Part shown: piece by piece, positions 23,021 through 32,000 of the stretch
Layout of the letters: each line of letters begins with the position of its first letter
How positions within the stretch are numbered: the stretch's first letter is position 1
From: Candidatus Kuenenia stuttgartensis
GTDB taxonomy: Bacteria > Planctomycetota > Brocadiia > Brocadiales > Brocadiaceae
NCBI RefSeq assembly: GCF_900232105.1
Contig: NZ_LT934425.1
Location: 1,110,001 to 1,142,000, forward strand
DNA: 32,000 bases
Reading direction: 5' to 3'
Program-made: the position numbers and the translations under genes
The notes under the pieces: generated by a model
Seen by the model: the letters and a program-made list of their open reading frames with translations, nothing else
The model's database searches: none
What the model was told of the DNA's origin: nothing

Positions 23021-26000
23021 ATGCCGCCAAAAGAGATGCTTCACGCTGAAGAACCCCTCTGGTATAAGGATGCAATTATTTATGAACTGCATGTAAAGGC
23101 ATTCTACGATTCGAATAGCGATGGGATTGGCGACTTCAAGGGCGTCACGGAAAAGCTGGATTATCTGGAAAATCTCGGCGTAACCGCTTTATGGCTTCTG
23201 CCCTTTTATCCCTCTCCCCTAAAGGATGACGGATATGATATCGCGGACTATTTTGGCATTCATCCCGATTACGGAACATTAAGAGACTTCAAACTCTTTA
23301 TCAAAGAGGCGCATAAAAGAGGTTTGAAGGTAATTACGGAACTCGTTCTCAACCATACCTCCGACCAGCATAAATGGTTTCATGCCGCCAGGAGACCGAA
23401 ACAGAAATCAAAAATGAAAGATTTTTACGTGTGGAGTGATACGTCTGAAAAATATAAAGACGCGCGAATAATTTTTAAAGACTTTGAACATTCCAACTGG
23501 ACATGGGATCCGGTTGCAAAGGCATATTACTGGCATCGTTTCTACTCACATCAACCCGATTTAAATTTTACGAATCCGGCCGTGCAAAAAGAAATGCTCA
23601 GGATTATCGATTACTGGATTGATATGGGAGTCGATGGTTTCCGTCTGGACGCAGTGCCGTATCTGTTTGAAAAGGAGGGAACAAATTGTGAAAATCTCCC
23701 TGAAACCCACGATTTTTTGAAAAAGCTGAGGGCACACGTTGAAAGCACGCACAATAATGTTATGCTCCTGGCAGAAGCAAATCAATGGCCAGAGGATGCT
23801 GTCGTATATTTCGGCAATCAGGATGAATGCCATATGTCGTTCCATTTCCCCCTCATGCCGAGATTGTTTATGTCAATATGGATGGAAGACAGATTTCCGA
23901 TCATTGATATCTTCGATCAAACCCCGCTATTGCCGGAAACATGTCAATGGGCTCTTTTTTTAAGAAACCACGATGAACTCACCCTTGAAATGGTAACCGA
24001 TGAAGAGAGGGACTATATGTACCAGGTATACGCAAGCGATCCCGTTGCAAGAATAAACCTCGGCATCCGAAGACGGCTGGCTCCCCTGCTAGGGAACAAC
24101 AGAAGAAAGATAGAGCTTATGAACGCACTCCTTTTTTCCCTGCCGGGTACGCCCATTATTTATTATGGAGACGAAATCGGGATGGGGGACAATTTTTACC
24201 TTGGAGACAGAAATGGCGTACGAACTCCCATGCAATGGAATGTCGACCGGAATGCTGGATTTTCAAGGGTAAACCCCCAGAAACTCTATCTGCCTATCGT
24301 TACCGATCCGGAATACCATTATGAGGCAATTAACGTGGAAAATCAGGAAAAGAACCACGCGTCACTTCTCTGGTGGATGAAACGGGTAATAGCCATGAGA
24401 AAACGGTATAAGGCATTTGGAAGAGGGAGTATAGAATTTCTTTTCCCTGATAATCCGAAAGTACTCGCATTTATCCGCCATTATCAGGACGAGCATATCC
24501 TTGTCGTCATGAATCTCTCACGATTCTCTCAGGTAGTGGAATTAGACCTTTCAACGTTTTCCGATTGTACGCCGGAAGATGTGTTTAGCGGAAATAAATT
24601 CCCAAAAATAACGAAATCTCCTTATGTACTTACCATTAACAGGCATGATTACTTTTGGTTTCTGATACAAAAAGAAGCGGAAGAATTACGTCTTGCAAAA
24701 GACGAAAGTATCCCTGAATTGAGTATAAACGGAAAGTGGGAAACTGTTTTCCAGGGAAAAACGGCGGTAAAATTGGAAAAAATGATTTTGCCTGTTTATC
24801 TTAAAAAGAGCAGATGGTTCGGCGGCAAGGCATCGGATATTCAAGAAGTCAAAATTATTGAAAATATTTCATTGCAGAAAGACACGCATACCACACAACT
24901 TATCCTGATTGAGGTAAAATATAACGGCAAGGAATCTGATAGGTATGTCCTTTCTTTTTCTTATCTGAGCGGAAGCGAAGCAGAAACAATGCTGCATGAA
25001 AACCCCCAGAAAATTGTGATGAAACTGAAAACAGATGATACTGAAGGGATTGTGTATGACGGCATTTATGATGAAGAATTTCAAAAGTTTATATTGAAAA
25101 TGGCGGTAAACAGATTGTCAGTAAAGGGTACTCAGGGAAGACTTGTCGTTCATACCGGGAAAATGCATAAACAATATAAACTGAAAGAATTGCTTTCAGA
25201 AAAATCATCCGTATTAAAAGCGGAACAGAGCAATTCATCATTACTCTATGGTAAAGAATTAATTTTCAAACTTTACCGACGCCTTTGCGAAGGTATTAAT
25301 CCGGAGTGGGAAATTGGCAAATTTCTAGGCGAGTATACTGCATTCGCCAACGTTCCGGCATTTATAGGGGAAATAGCATATGTGAGAAAGGGAAATCAAC
25401 CGATATCGATCGGTATCCTCCAGCGCTTCATTCCCAATCATGGAGACGCCTGGTCATATACACTTGATTCATTAATGACGTATTTTGACAGGGTCTTTGC
25501 AAAAAAGAATGAAATTCCGGAAATGCCCGTGATGTCTTTTTCCCTTTTAGAAAGTACGTCGCATGAAATACCTTTGCTGTTTAAGGAATTAATTAGCGGG
25601 GTATATCTTGAGATGGCGTCGCTTTTGGGGAAAAGAACGGCCGAATTGCATATCGCGCTGTCAAAAGAAACGGATAACAACGATTTTCGCCCCGAACCGT
25701 TTTCACGGCTGTATCAAAGATCTCTTTATCAATCAATGCAATCTTATCTGAAAAAGGTTTTCGCCTTGCTCAGAAAAAACATGAAAAAATTGCCAGAGAA
25801 TACAAAAGAATCAGTCGATAAATTGCTATTGCAGGAAAACAGAATAATAGAACTCTATAAAAACATCTTTAAAAAGAAAATTTCCGCTTTGAAAATAAGG
25901 ATACACGGCGATTATCACCTGGGCCAGGTTATTTACACTGGAAATGATTTTTTTATTATTGATTTTGAAGGCGAACCGGCCAGGAGCCTTAGCGAAAGGA

Positions 26001-26353
26001 GACTTAAAAAATCCGTATTAAAGGACGTAGCGGGAATGATACGGTCTTTCCATTACGTGTCAAATACCGCTCTCTTGAAACATATCACCATACGCCCGGA
26101 AGATATTCCCGTGTTGGAACCATGGACAAACCTATGGTATCAATATGTGGCAGGAATTTTCTTAAAATCATATATTGAAACGGCAAAAAATACCCACCTT
26201 TTCCCTGAAAATAATGAAGATTTTACCATGCTCCTTACTTCTTTCCTTTTGGAAAAGGCAGTTTATGAACTGGGATATGAATTAAATAACCGCCCGGAAT
26301 GGACATCGATACCCATAAAGGGCATTTTACAACTTTTGGAAACAAACAAATGA
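23021..26353 (+). CDS. treS: Trehalose synthase / maltokinase fusion (TreS-Mak)
   Basis: N-terminal GH13 TreS (LWYKDAIIYELHVKAFYDSNSDGIGDFKG, GVDGFRLDAVPYLFEKEGTNCENLPETH, GDRNGVRTPMQWN). C-terminal maltokinase with IRIHGDYHLGQVIYTGNDFFIIDFEGEPARSLSERR. Confidence 0.96.
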   Translation: MPPKEMLHAEEPLWYKDAIIYELHVKAFYDSNSDGIGDFKGVTEKLDYLENLGVTALWLLPFYPSPLKDDGYDIADYFGIHPDYGTLRDFKLFIKEAHKRGLKVITELVLNHTSDQHKWFHAARRPKQKSKMKDFYVWSDTSEKYKDARIIFKDFEHSNWTWDPVAKAYYWHRFYSHQPDLNFTNPAVQKEMLRIIDYWIDMGVDGFRLDAVPYLFEKEGTNCENLPETHDFLKKLRAHVESTHNNVMLLAEANQWPEDAVVYFGNQDECHMSFHFPLMPRLFMSIWMEDRFPIIDIFDQTPLLPETCQWALFLRNHDELTLEMVTDEERDYMYQVYASDPVARINLGIRRRLAPLLGNNRRKIELMNALLFSLPGTPIIYYGDEIGMGDNFYLGDRNGVRTPMQWNVDRNAGFSRVNPQKLYLPIVTDPEYHYEAINVENQEKNHASLLWWMKRVIAMRKRYKAFGRGSIEFLFPDNPKVLAFIRHYQDEHILVVMNLSRFSQVVELDLSTFSDCTPEDVFSGNKFPKITKSPYVLTINRHDYFWFLIQKEAEELRLAKDESIPELSINGKWETVFQGKTAVKLEKMILPVYLKKSRWFGGKASDIQEVKIIENISLQKDTHTTQLILIEVKYNGKESDRYVLSFSYLSGSEAETMLHENPQKIVMKLKTDDTEGIVYDGIYDEEFQKFILKMAVNRLSVKGTQGRLVVHTGKMHKQYKLKELLSEKSSVLKAEQSNSSLLYGKELIFKLYRRLCEGINPEWEIGKFLGEYTAFANVPAFIGEIAYVRKGNQPISIGILQRFIPNHGDAWSYTLDSLMTYFDRVFAKKNEIPEMPVMSFSLLESTSHEIPLLFKELISGVYLEMASLLGKRTAELHIALSKETDNNDFRPEPFSRLYQRSLYQSMQSYLKKVFALLRKNMKKLPENTKESVDKLLLQENRIIELYKNIFKKKISALKIRIHGDYHLGQVIYTGNDFFIIDFEGEPARSLSERRLKKSVLKDVAGMIRSFHYVSNTALLKHITIRPEDIPVLEPWTNLWYQYVAGIFLKSYIETAKNTHLFPENNEDFTMLLTSFLLEKAVYELGYELNNRPEWTSIPIKGILQLLETNK

Positions 26354-26360
26354 TGACAGA
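26314..26360. repeat. 47-bp direct repeat, copy 1 (treS 3' end plus vestigial glgB start)
   Basis: CATAAAGGGCATTTTACAACTTTTGGAAACAAACAAATGATGACAGA, identical to 27166-27212. Confidence 0.97.
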
Positions 26361-26428
26361 TGAAGGAAGAACTTTAACTTTATCTATTTTTGCACACTTT
26401 ACTTAAATAAGATTGGAGATAAAATAAT

Positions 26429-26680
26429 ATGGCAACATTAACAATCGAGTATCCGGATGAAATTTTGGTATCATTAAAAGAAACACAAGACGATTTTTCT
26501 GAAGAGCTGAAAATAGCAGCAGCAGTAAAGCTTTACGAGATGGGGAAACTATCGTCTGGTAAGGCAGCCAGGCTTGCGGGTATGGATAAGATTTCTTTTT
26601 TGAAAATACTTGGTAAATATCAGGTGTCCATATCGACATTAGAAGAATTTAAAGAGGATATGAAAGTTGACATCGGTTAA
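26429..26680 (+). CDS. UPF0175 family protein, probable antitoxin
   Basis: MATLTIEYPDEILVSLKETQDDFSEELKIAAAVKLYEMGKLSSGKAARLAGMDKISFLKILGKYQVS matches the UPF0175 pattern (helix-turn-helix-like SSGKAARLAGM). Confidence 0.82.
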   Translation: MATLTIEYPDEILVSLKETQDDFSEELKIAAAVKLYEMGKLSSGKAARLAGMDKISFLKILGKYQVSISTLEEFKEDMKVDIG

Positions 26681-27170
26681 AAATATTGTCGTTGTAAACA
26701 CATCACCAATCATCTATTTGTCTGCTATCAATAAAACAGACCTGTTAAAGAAACTTTTTGGCGAAATCTTTATACCCGGTGCAGTAAAACAAGAAATAAT
26801 ATCAGGAGGCAAAGACACCTTCGGTTTTCTGGAAATAAAAAATGAACCATGGATAAAAACTAAGACTATCGAAAATGAATTGGCAAAAAAGTGTCTTCTA
26901 ACGGATATCGATGATGGTGAAGCAGAGGTAATAGTTCTTGCAGAAGAATTAAAAGCGAATATCATCGTTATGGATGACAGATTAGGTAGAAAGGTTGTAC
27001 GGCTCAGAGGTTTTCGTGTTATCGGTACATTGAGATTATTGATAGCCGCTAAAGAAAAAGGAATAATAACGGAAGTAAAGCCGCTGGTTGAAAAGCTTAA
27101 AGAATTCGGCTTCTGGATAAGTGCGGATGTTTATAAAGACGTTTTGGCACGATCAAACGAAATAACATAA
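26667..27170 (+). CDS. DUF3368 PIN-like protein, probable toxin
   Basis: [37 protein letters not shown]...[58 protein letters not shown] start overlaps the UPF0175 ORF by 14 nt; stop lies inside repeat copy 2. Confidence 0.85.
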   Translation: MTSVKNIVVVNTSPIIYLSAINKTDLLKKLFGEIFIPGAVKQEIISGGKDTFGFLEIKNEPWIKTKTIENELAKKCLLTDIDDGEAEVIVLAEELKANIIVMDDRLGRKVVRLRGFRVIGTLRLLIAAKEKGIITEVKPLVEKLKEFGFWISADVYKDVLARSNEIT

Positions 27171-27212
27171 AGGGCATTTTACAACTTTTGGAAACAAACA
27201 AATGATGACAGA
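27166..27212. repeat. 47-bp direct repeat, copy 2 (glgB start region)
   Basis: Identical to 26314-26360, offset 852 bp; contains the glgB ATG at 27202. Confidence 0.97.
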
Positions 27213-29151
27213 AAAAAATAAAACCTGTGAAACGGTTAATACCAGCAAAAGTCTTTTAACAGACCACGACATATATCTGTTTAAAGAAGGAAACCATTTT
27301 CATCTCTATGAAAAACTCGGCTCGCATCTTATAACATTTAATAATGTGAAAGGCGTTTACTTTGCCGTATGGGCGCCAAATGCCGAAAAGGTATCCGTAA
27401 TAGGCGACTTTAACAACTGGAACAAGACATCGCATCATCTCAGGGCGAGAGAAGACAGTTCAGGTATCTGGGAAGGATTTGTTCCCGGCATAGGCGAAGG
27501 AACAATCTATCGCTACCATATTCGTTCACGATACAACAATTACCGTGTTGATAAAAGAGACCCATTTGCCTTCTACGGCGAAACTCCCCCTAACAGCGCT
27601 TCTATAGTGAGGGATTTAACATACACGTGGGGCGATCAGGCATGGATGAAGGAACGGTCAGGGAAAAATAATATCAATGCCCCCTTGTCCGTATATGAAA
27701 TCCATTTGGGTTCGTGGAGGCGGATTCCGGAGGATGGAAACAGATTCCTGACTTACCGTGAAATGGCGCCATATCTCGCGGAATATGTAAAAGAGACGGG
27801 ATTTACACATGTCGAATTACTCCCTGTCATGGAACACCCTTTTTATGGTTCATGGGGATATCAGATAACAGGTTTTTTTTCCCCAACGGGCAGATACGGA
27901 ACCCCGCAGGATTTTATGTATCTGGTTGATTATCTGCACCAGAACGAAATTGGAGTCATTCTCGACTGGGTGCCATCACATTTTCCCTCCGATGAACATG
28001 GCCTTGTTTACTTTGACGGCACACATCTTTATGAACACGCCGATCCGAGGAAGGGGTTTCATCCGGACTGGACAAGTTATATTTTCAATTACGGCAGGAA
28101 TGAAGTACAAAATTTCCTCGTGAGCAATGCCCTTTTTTGGCTGGATAAATACCATATTGACGGATTAAGAGTGGACGCCGTTGCCTCAATGCTGTATCTT
28201 GATTACTCAAGGAAAGAGGGAGAATGGATACCAAACAAATACGGCGGCAGGGAAAATATTGAAGCCGTCAGTTTTTTGAAAAAATGCAACGAGACAATAT
28301 ATCATTTTTACCCCGATGTTCAGACCATCGCAGAAGAATCCACTGCATGGCCCATGGTTTCAAGGCCAACGTATGTAGGGGGGCTTGGATTCGGAATGAA
28401 ATGGAATATGGGATGGATGCACGACACATTAAAATATTTCTCAATCGACCCCATTTACCGGAAATACCACATGAATCAAATTACCTTTAGCATACTGTAT
28501 GCCTTTACAGAAAACTTTGTCCTCCCGCTTTCACACGATGAGGTTGTGCATGGGAAAGGGTCGTTATTGTACCGCATGCCGGGTGATGAGTGGCAAAAGT
28601 TTGCAAATCTCCGGTTGTTATTTGGTTACATGTTCGGACACCCGGGAAAGAAATTACTCTTTATGGGAGGTGAATTCGGGCAGACAAAAGAATGGTATCA
28701 CGAAGAAAGCCTGAGCTGGCATCTCCTGCAATACCCGATACACAAAGGGATGCAGGAATGGGTTAAAGACCTCAACCGCTTTTACAGAAATGAACCCGTA
28801 TTGTACGAAATTGATTTTGAATATACGGGCTTCGAGTGGGTCGATTTCCACGATCTGGACCGCAACATCATAAGTTTCCTGCGAAAGGGAAAGACCGTAA
28901 AGGATCAGATTCTGGTGGTCTGCAATTTTACCCCTGTGCCAAGATACAACTATCGTATTGGAGTTCCATATGGCGGATTCTGGAAAGAGGTATTGAACAG
29001 CGATGCAAAACATTATAATGGAAGCGGACACGGAAATTTAGGCGGAGTAGAGGCAAGTCCGCTGCCTTCACATGGCAGATATTATTCGATTGCACTAACA
29101 CTGCCTCCGCTTGGTATAGTTTTTTTTAAAAGAGAAATGGATGACAAATGA
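27202..29151 (+). CDS. glgB: 1,4-alpha-glucan branching enzyme
   Basis: [99 protein letters not shown]. Confidence 0.97.
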   Translation: MMTEKNKTCETVNTSKSLLTDHDIYLFKEGNHFHLYEKLGSHLITFNNVKGVYFAVWAPNAEKVSVIGDFNNWNKTSHHLRAREDSSGIWEGFVPGIGEGTIYRYHIRSRYNNYRVDKRDPFAFYGETPPNSASIVRDLTYTWGDQAWMKERSGKNNINAPLSVYEIHLGSWRRIPEDGNRFLTYREMAPYLAEYVKETGFTHVELLPVMEHPFYGSWGYQITGFFSPTGRYGTPQDFMYLVDYLHQNEIGVILDWVPSHFPSDEHGLVYFDGTHLYEHADPRKGFHPDWTSYIFNYGRNEVQNFLVSNALFWLDKYHIDGLRVDAVASMLYLDYSRKEGEWIPNKYGGRENIEAVSFLKKCNETIYHFYPDVQTIAEESTAWPMVSRPTYVGGLGFGMKWNMGWMHDTLKYFSIDPIYRKYHMNQITFSILYAFTENFVLPLSHDEVVHGKGSLLYRMPGDEWQKFANLRLLFGYMFGHPGKKLLFMGGEFGQTKEWYHEESLSWHLLQYPIHKGMQEWVKDLNRFYRNEPVLYEIDFEYTGFEWVDFHDLDRNIISFLRKGKTVKDQILVVCNFTPVPRYNYRIGVPYGGFWKEVLNSDAKHYNGSGHGNLGGVEASPLPSHGRYYSIALTLPPLGIVFFKREMDDK

Positions 29152-30971
29152 GGATTGGCGCACATTATCTCGGGAACGGAACGTGCGAATTTGTGGTGTG
29201 GGCGCCTTTTCTTAAAAGCGTTGCGGTAAAACTCATTTCACCCGACGAAAGACTGCTCCCTATGAAAAAAGATGAAAAAGGCTATTGGAAGGCTTGTGTT
29301 GAAGATGTATATCCGGGCGCCTGTTATTTTTATCAGCTCGGGGAAAAAACAGACAGGCCCGACCCGGCTTCATATTTTCAGCCTGCCGGAGTGCATCAAT
29401 ATTCACAGGTGGTGGAATTCGACTCCTTCAAATGGAAAGATAGTAAATGGAAAGGGATAGAACTTTCACAATTAATAATCTATGAACTCCATGTCGGTAC
29501 ATTTACTCCCCAGGGCACATTTGACGCAATACTTCCAAGATTAAACTCCTTAAAAGAGTTAGGCGTTAATGCCATTGAATTGATGCCCGTTGCGCAATTT
29601 CCCGGGGAAAGGAACTGGGGATATGACGGCGCCTATCTCTTTGCCGTGCAAAATTTGTATGGTGGGCCGGAAGGCCTTATGAGGCTTGTCAATGAATGCC
29701 ACAAACATGGCATCTCGGTAATTCTTGACGTCGTATATAATCATCTTGGCCCGGAGGGAAATTATCTTGCGGAATACGGCCCGTATTTTACCGATAAATA
29801 CCACACTCCATGGGGAAAGGCCATAAACTTTGATGACGCTTACAGTGACGAGGTTCGTTCATTCTTTCTTCAGAACGCGCTATTCTGGTTTGAAAATTAT
29901 CATATCGACGCCTTGCGGCTTGATGCCATTCACGGTATTTACGATATGGGGGCAAAACATATTTTAGAAGAATTGAAGGAGAAAACGGCAGAACTCTCCG
30001 TTCAAAAAAAGAAAACCTATTATTTAATTGCAGAAAGCAACCTGAATGATACAAAAATAACGCGGATAAAAGAAACCGGCGGTTATGGGATAGATTCCCA
30101 GTGGTGCGATGATTTGCACCATTCCCTGCACACACTCCTTACCGGAGAGATCACAGGATATTATTGCGATTTCGGTGAAACGAAACATCTGGTAAAATCT
30201 CTCGGAGAAGGGTTTGCTTATTCAGGAGAATACTCTCCATTCAGGAAACGACGTCATGGTAACTCTTCGAAAAATTGTCCGCCATCGCAATTTGTCGTCT
30301 TTTCGCAAAATCATGATCAAATAGGCAATCGGATGCTTGGGGAACGGTTATCAACATTGGTTTCGTTCGAGGCGTTAAAACTTGCGGCCGGTGTAATACT
30401 TCTTTCCCCTTATATACCGCTTTTGTTCATGGGAGAAGAATATGGCGAAGAAGCGCCTTTTCTCTATTTTGTCAGCCACTCGGATGTTCCTTTAATAGAA
30501 GCGGTAAGGCGCGGAAGAAAGCATGAGTTTCATGATTTTCAATGGCAGGGCGAACCGCCTGACCCGCAGGACAGTGAAACCTTTTTAACATCAAAATTAA
30601 ACTGGGGAAAAAAGAGACAGGGACATCATAAAGTATTGCTGGATTTTTATAAACATTTAATACATTTGAGGAAAACAATTCCTGCCTTCGCGAATCAGGA
30701 TAAGAACAAACTTTCCGTGTACGGCCTTGAGGATGAAAAGGTCGTGTTTTTGCAAAGAGGAGAGGGAGTGGATAACTCTTTTACCGTATTTAATTTTAGC
30801 GATAGTGAAGTGTCCGTGAAACTTCCCCTTCAGGAAAATCACTGGAAAAAGCTTGTTGATTCATCAGATGAGATGTGGGACGGTCCCGGCTCATTGTTAA
30901 CAGAAAAAACAGGGCAATTTAATCAAATCACTCTGAGAAAACACAGTTTTATTACGTTTATAAAGGAATGA
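29148..30971 (+). CDS. treZ: Malto-oligosyltrehalose trehalohydrolase
   Basis: [116 protein letters not shown]. Overlaps glgB by 4 nt (ATGA). Confidence 0.94.
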   Translation: MRIGAHYLGNGTCEFVVWAPFLKSVAVKLISPDERLLPMKKDEKGYWKACVEDVYPGACYFYQLGEKTDRPDPASYFQPAGVHQYSQVVEFDSFKWKDSKWKGIELSQLIIYELHVGTFTPQGTFDAILPRLNSLKELGVNAIELMPVAQFPGERNWGYDGAYLFAVQNLYGGPEGLMRLVNECHKHGISVILDVVYNHLGPEGNYLAEYGPYFTDKYHTPWGKAINFDDAYSDEVRSFFLQNALFWFENYHIDALRLDAIHGIYDMGAKHILEELKEKTAELSVQKKKTYYLIAESNLNDTKITRIKETGGYGIDSQWCDDLHHSLHTLLTGEITGYYCDFGETKHLVKSLGEGFAYSGEYSPFRKRRHGNSSKNCPPSQFVVFSQNHDQIGNRMLGERLSTLVSFEALKLAAGVILLSPYIPLLFMGEEYGEEAPFLYFVSHSDVPLIEAVRRGRKHEFHDFQWQGEPPDPQDSETFLTSKLNWGKKRQGHHKVLLDFYKHLIHLRKTIPAFANQDKNKLSVYGLEDEKVVFLQRGEGVDNSFTVFNFSDSEVSVKLPLQENHWKKLVDSSDEMWDGPGSLLTEKTGQFNQITLRKHSFITFIKE

Positions 30972-30978
30972 TCTATTT

Positions 30979-32000
30979 ATGGAAAGATATATTTGTATTC
31001 ACGGCCATTTTTATCAACCGCCAAGAGAAAATCCCTGGCTGGAAGATGTGGAACTTCAGGATTCGGCATATCCCTATCATGACTGGAATGAGAGAATAAC
31101 CGCCGAGTGTTATGCACCGAATGCTGCTTCGAGCATTCTCGACGTTGACGGAAGAATAGTAGATATCGTAAATATATATTCAAAGATAAGCTTTAACTTC
31201 GGCCCTACCCTGCTTTCATGGATGGAAAAGCATAAACCAGGCGTTTACCAGGCAATTCTTGAAGCTGACAAATTGAGCCGTGAACATTTTTCCGGGCATG
31301 GCTCAGCTTTGGCTCAAATATACAACCACATGATCATGCCACTTGCCAATAAAAGAGACAAGTATACGCAGGTTATATGGGGACTAAGGGATTTTCAATC
31401 AAGATTCGGAAGAGATGCGGAAGGCATGTGGCTTCCGGAAACTGCCGTAAATACCAAAACCCTTGAGGTACTGGTGGAACTGGGAATAAAATTCACCATA
31501 CTGGCGCCCCGCCAGGCCCAGAAAATGAAAAGAATGGAGAGCCATGCTTGGAAAGATATGGGAAACGGGGAAATAGACCCTACAACACCCTATCTTTGCA
31601 GACTCCCCTCAGGACGAAGCATTTGCATCTTTTTTTACGACGGGCCTATTTCACAGGACCTCGCATTTGGCGGTTTGCTGGAAAATGGAGAAAATTTCGC
31701 AACTCGATTGCTTTCCGCATTTACCGAAAACAGGGACTGGCCTCAGCTTGTGCATATTGCAACAGATGGCGAAACATACGGACATCACCATTTTAAAGGG
31801 GATATGGCGCTTGCGTACTGCCTATATCATATAGAGTCAAAAAATCTGGCGAAAATTACAAATTATGGGGAGTATCTCGAGAAACATCCGCCAAAATTCG
31901 AGGCGGAAATAAAAGAAAATACTTCATGGAGCTGTATTCACGGAATTGAAAGATGGAAAAATAATTGCGGATGTTGTTCCGGCAGCCATCCAGGCTGGAC
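30979..32000 (+). CDS. Glycoside hydrolase family 57 / DUF3536-type protein, truncated by window end
   Basis: My own translation from ATG 30979 (absent from the ORF track because it has no stop in the window): MERYICIHGHFYQPPRENPWLEDVELQDSAYPYHDWNERITAECYAPN...VIWGLRDFQSRFGRDAEGMWLPETAVNTKTLEVL...HIATDGETYGHHHFKGDMALAYC. Confidence 0.88.
   Translation, partial: MERYICIHGHFYQPPRENPWLEDVELQDSAYPYHDWNERITAECYAPNAASSILDVDGRIVDIVNIYSKISFNFGPTLLSWMEKHKPGVYQAILEADKLSREHFSGHGSALAQIYNHMIMPLANKRDKYTQVIWGLRDFQSRFGRDAEGMWLPETAVNTKTLEVLVELGIKFTILAPRQAQKMKRMESHAWKDMGNGEIDPTTPYLCRLPSGRSICIFFYDGPISQDLAFGGLLENGENFATRLLSAFTENRDWPQLVHIATDGETYGHHHFKGDMALAYCLYHIESKNLAKITNYGEYLEKHPPKFEAEIKENTSWSCIHGIERWKNNCGCCSGSHPGW

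Overview
This 32 kb bacterial window is probably chromosomal; an anammox-type planctomycete is my impression only. It contains: the 3' end of hisG; a TPR lipoprotein; yebC; ftsH; tRNA-Phe; ctpA; surE; a complete IS1380-like element with identifiable terminal repeats and target duplication; a secreted protein with SHOCT-like repeats; radA; clpC; mcsB; mcsA; an Hps-RraA fusion; queD; mutL; and a plus-strand glycogen/trehalose operon (glgE, treS-maltokinase fusion, glgB, treZ, start of a GH57 gene). Four observations stand out. (1) A UPF0175/DUF3368 toxin-antitoxin pair sits between the treS fusion and glgB, flanked by perfect 47-bp direct repeats. Those repeats duplicate the treS stop/glgB start junction, so both neighbours stay intact. 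(2) A 215-bp MITE-like element has 17-bp TIRs beginning GTAA and an 8-bp target duplication, consistent with IS66-type mobilisation. (3) The IS1380-like copy has exact 16-bp TIRs and a 5-bp TSD, and lies immediately after the stop codon of the SHOCT gene. (4) Frameshifts are heavily clustered in the first ~11 kb, including in normally conserved genes (ftsH, yebC), then vanish. This suggests a local sequence-quality problem or, less likely, gene decay. I found no CRISPR array and nothing I can defend as a wholly new defence or biosynthetic system.
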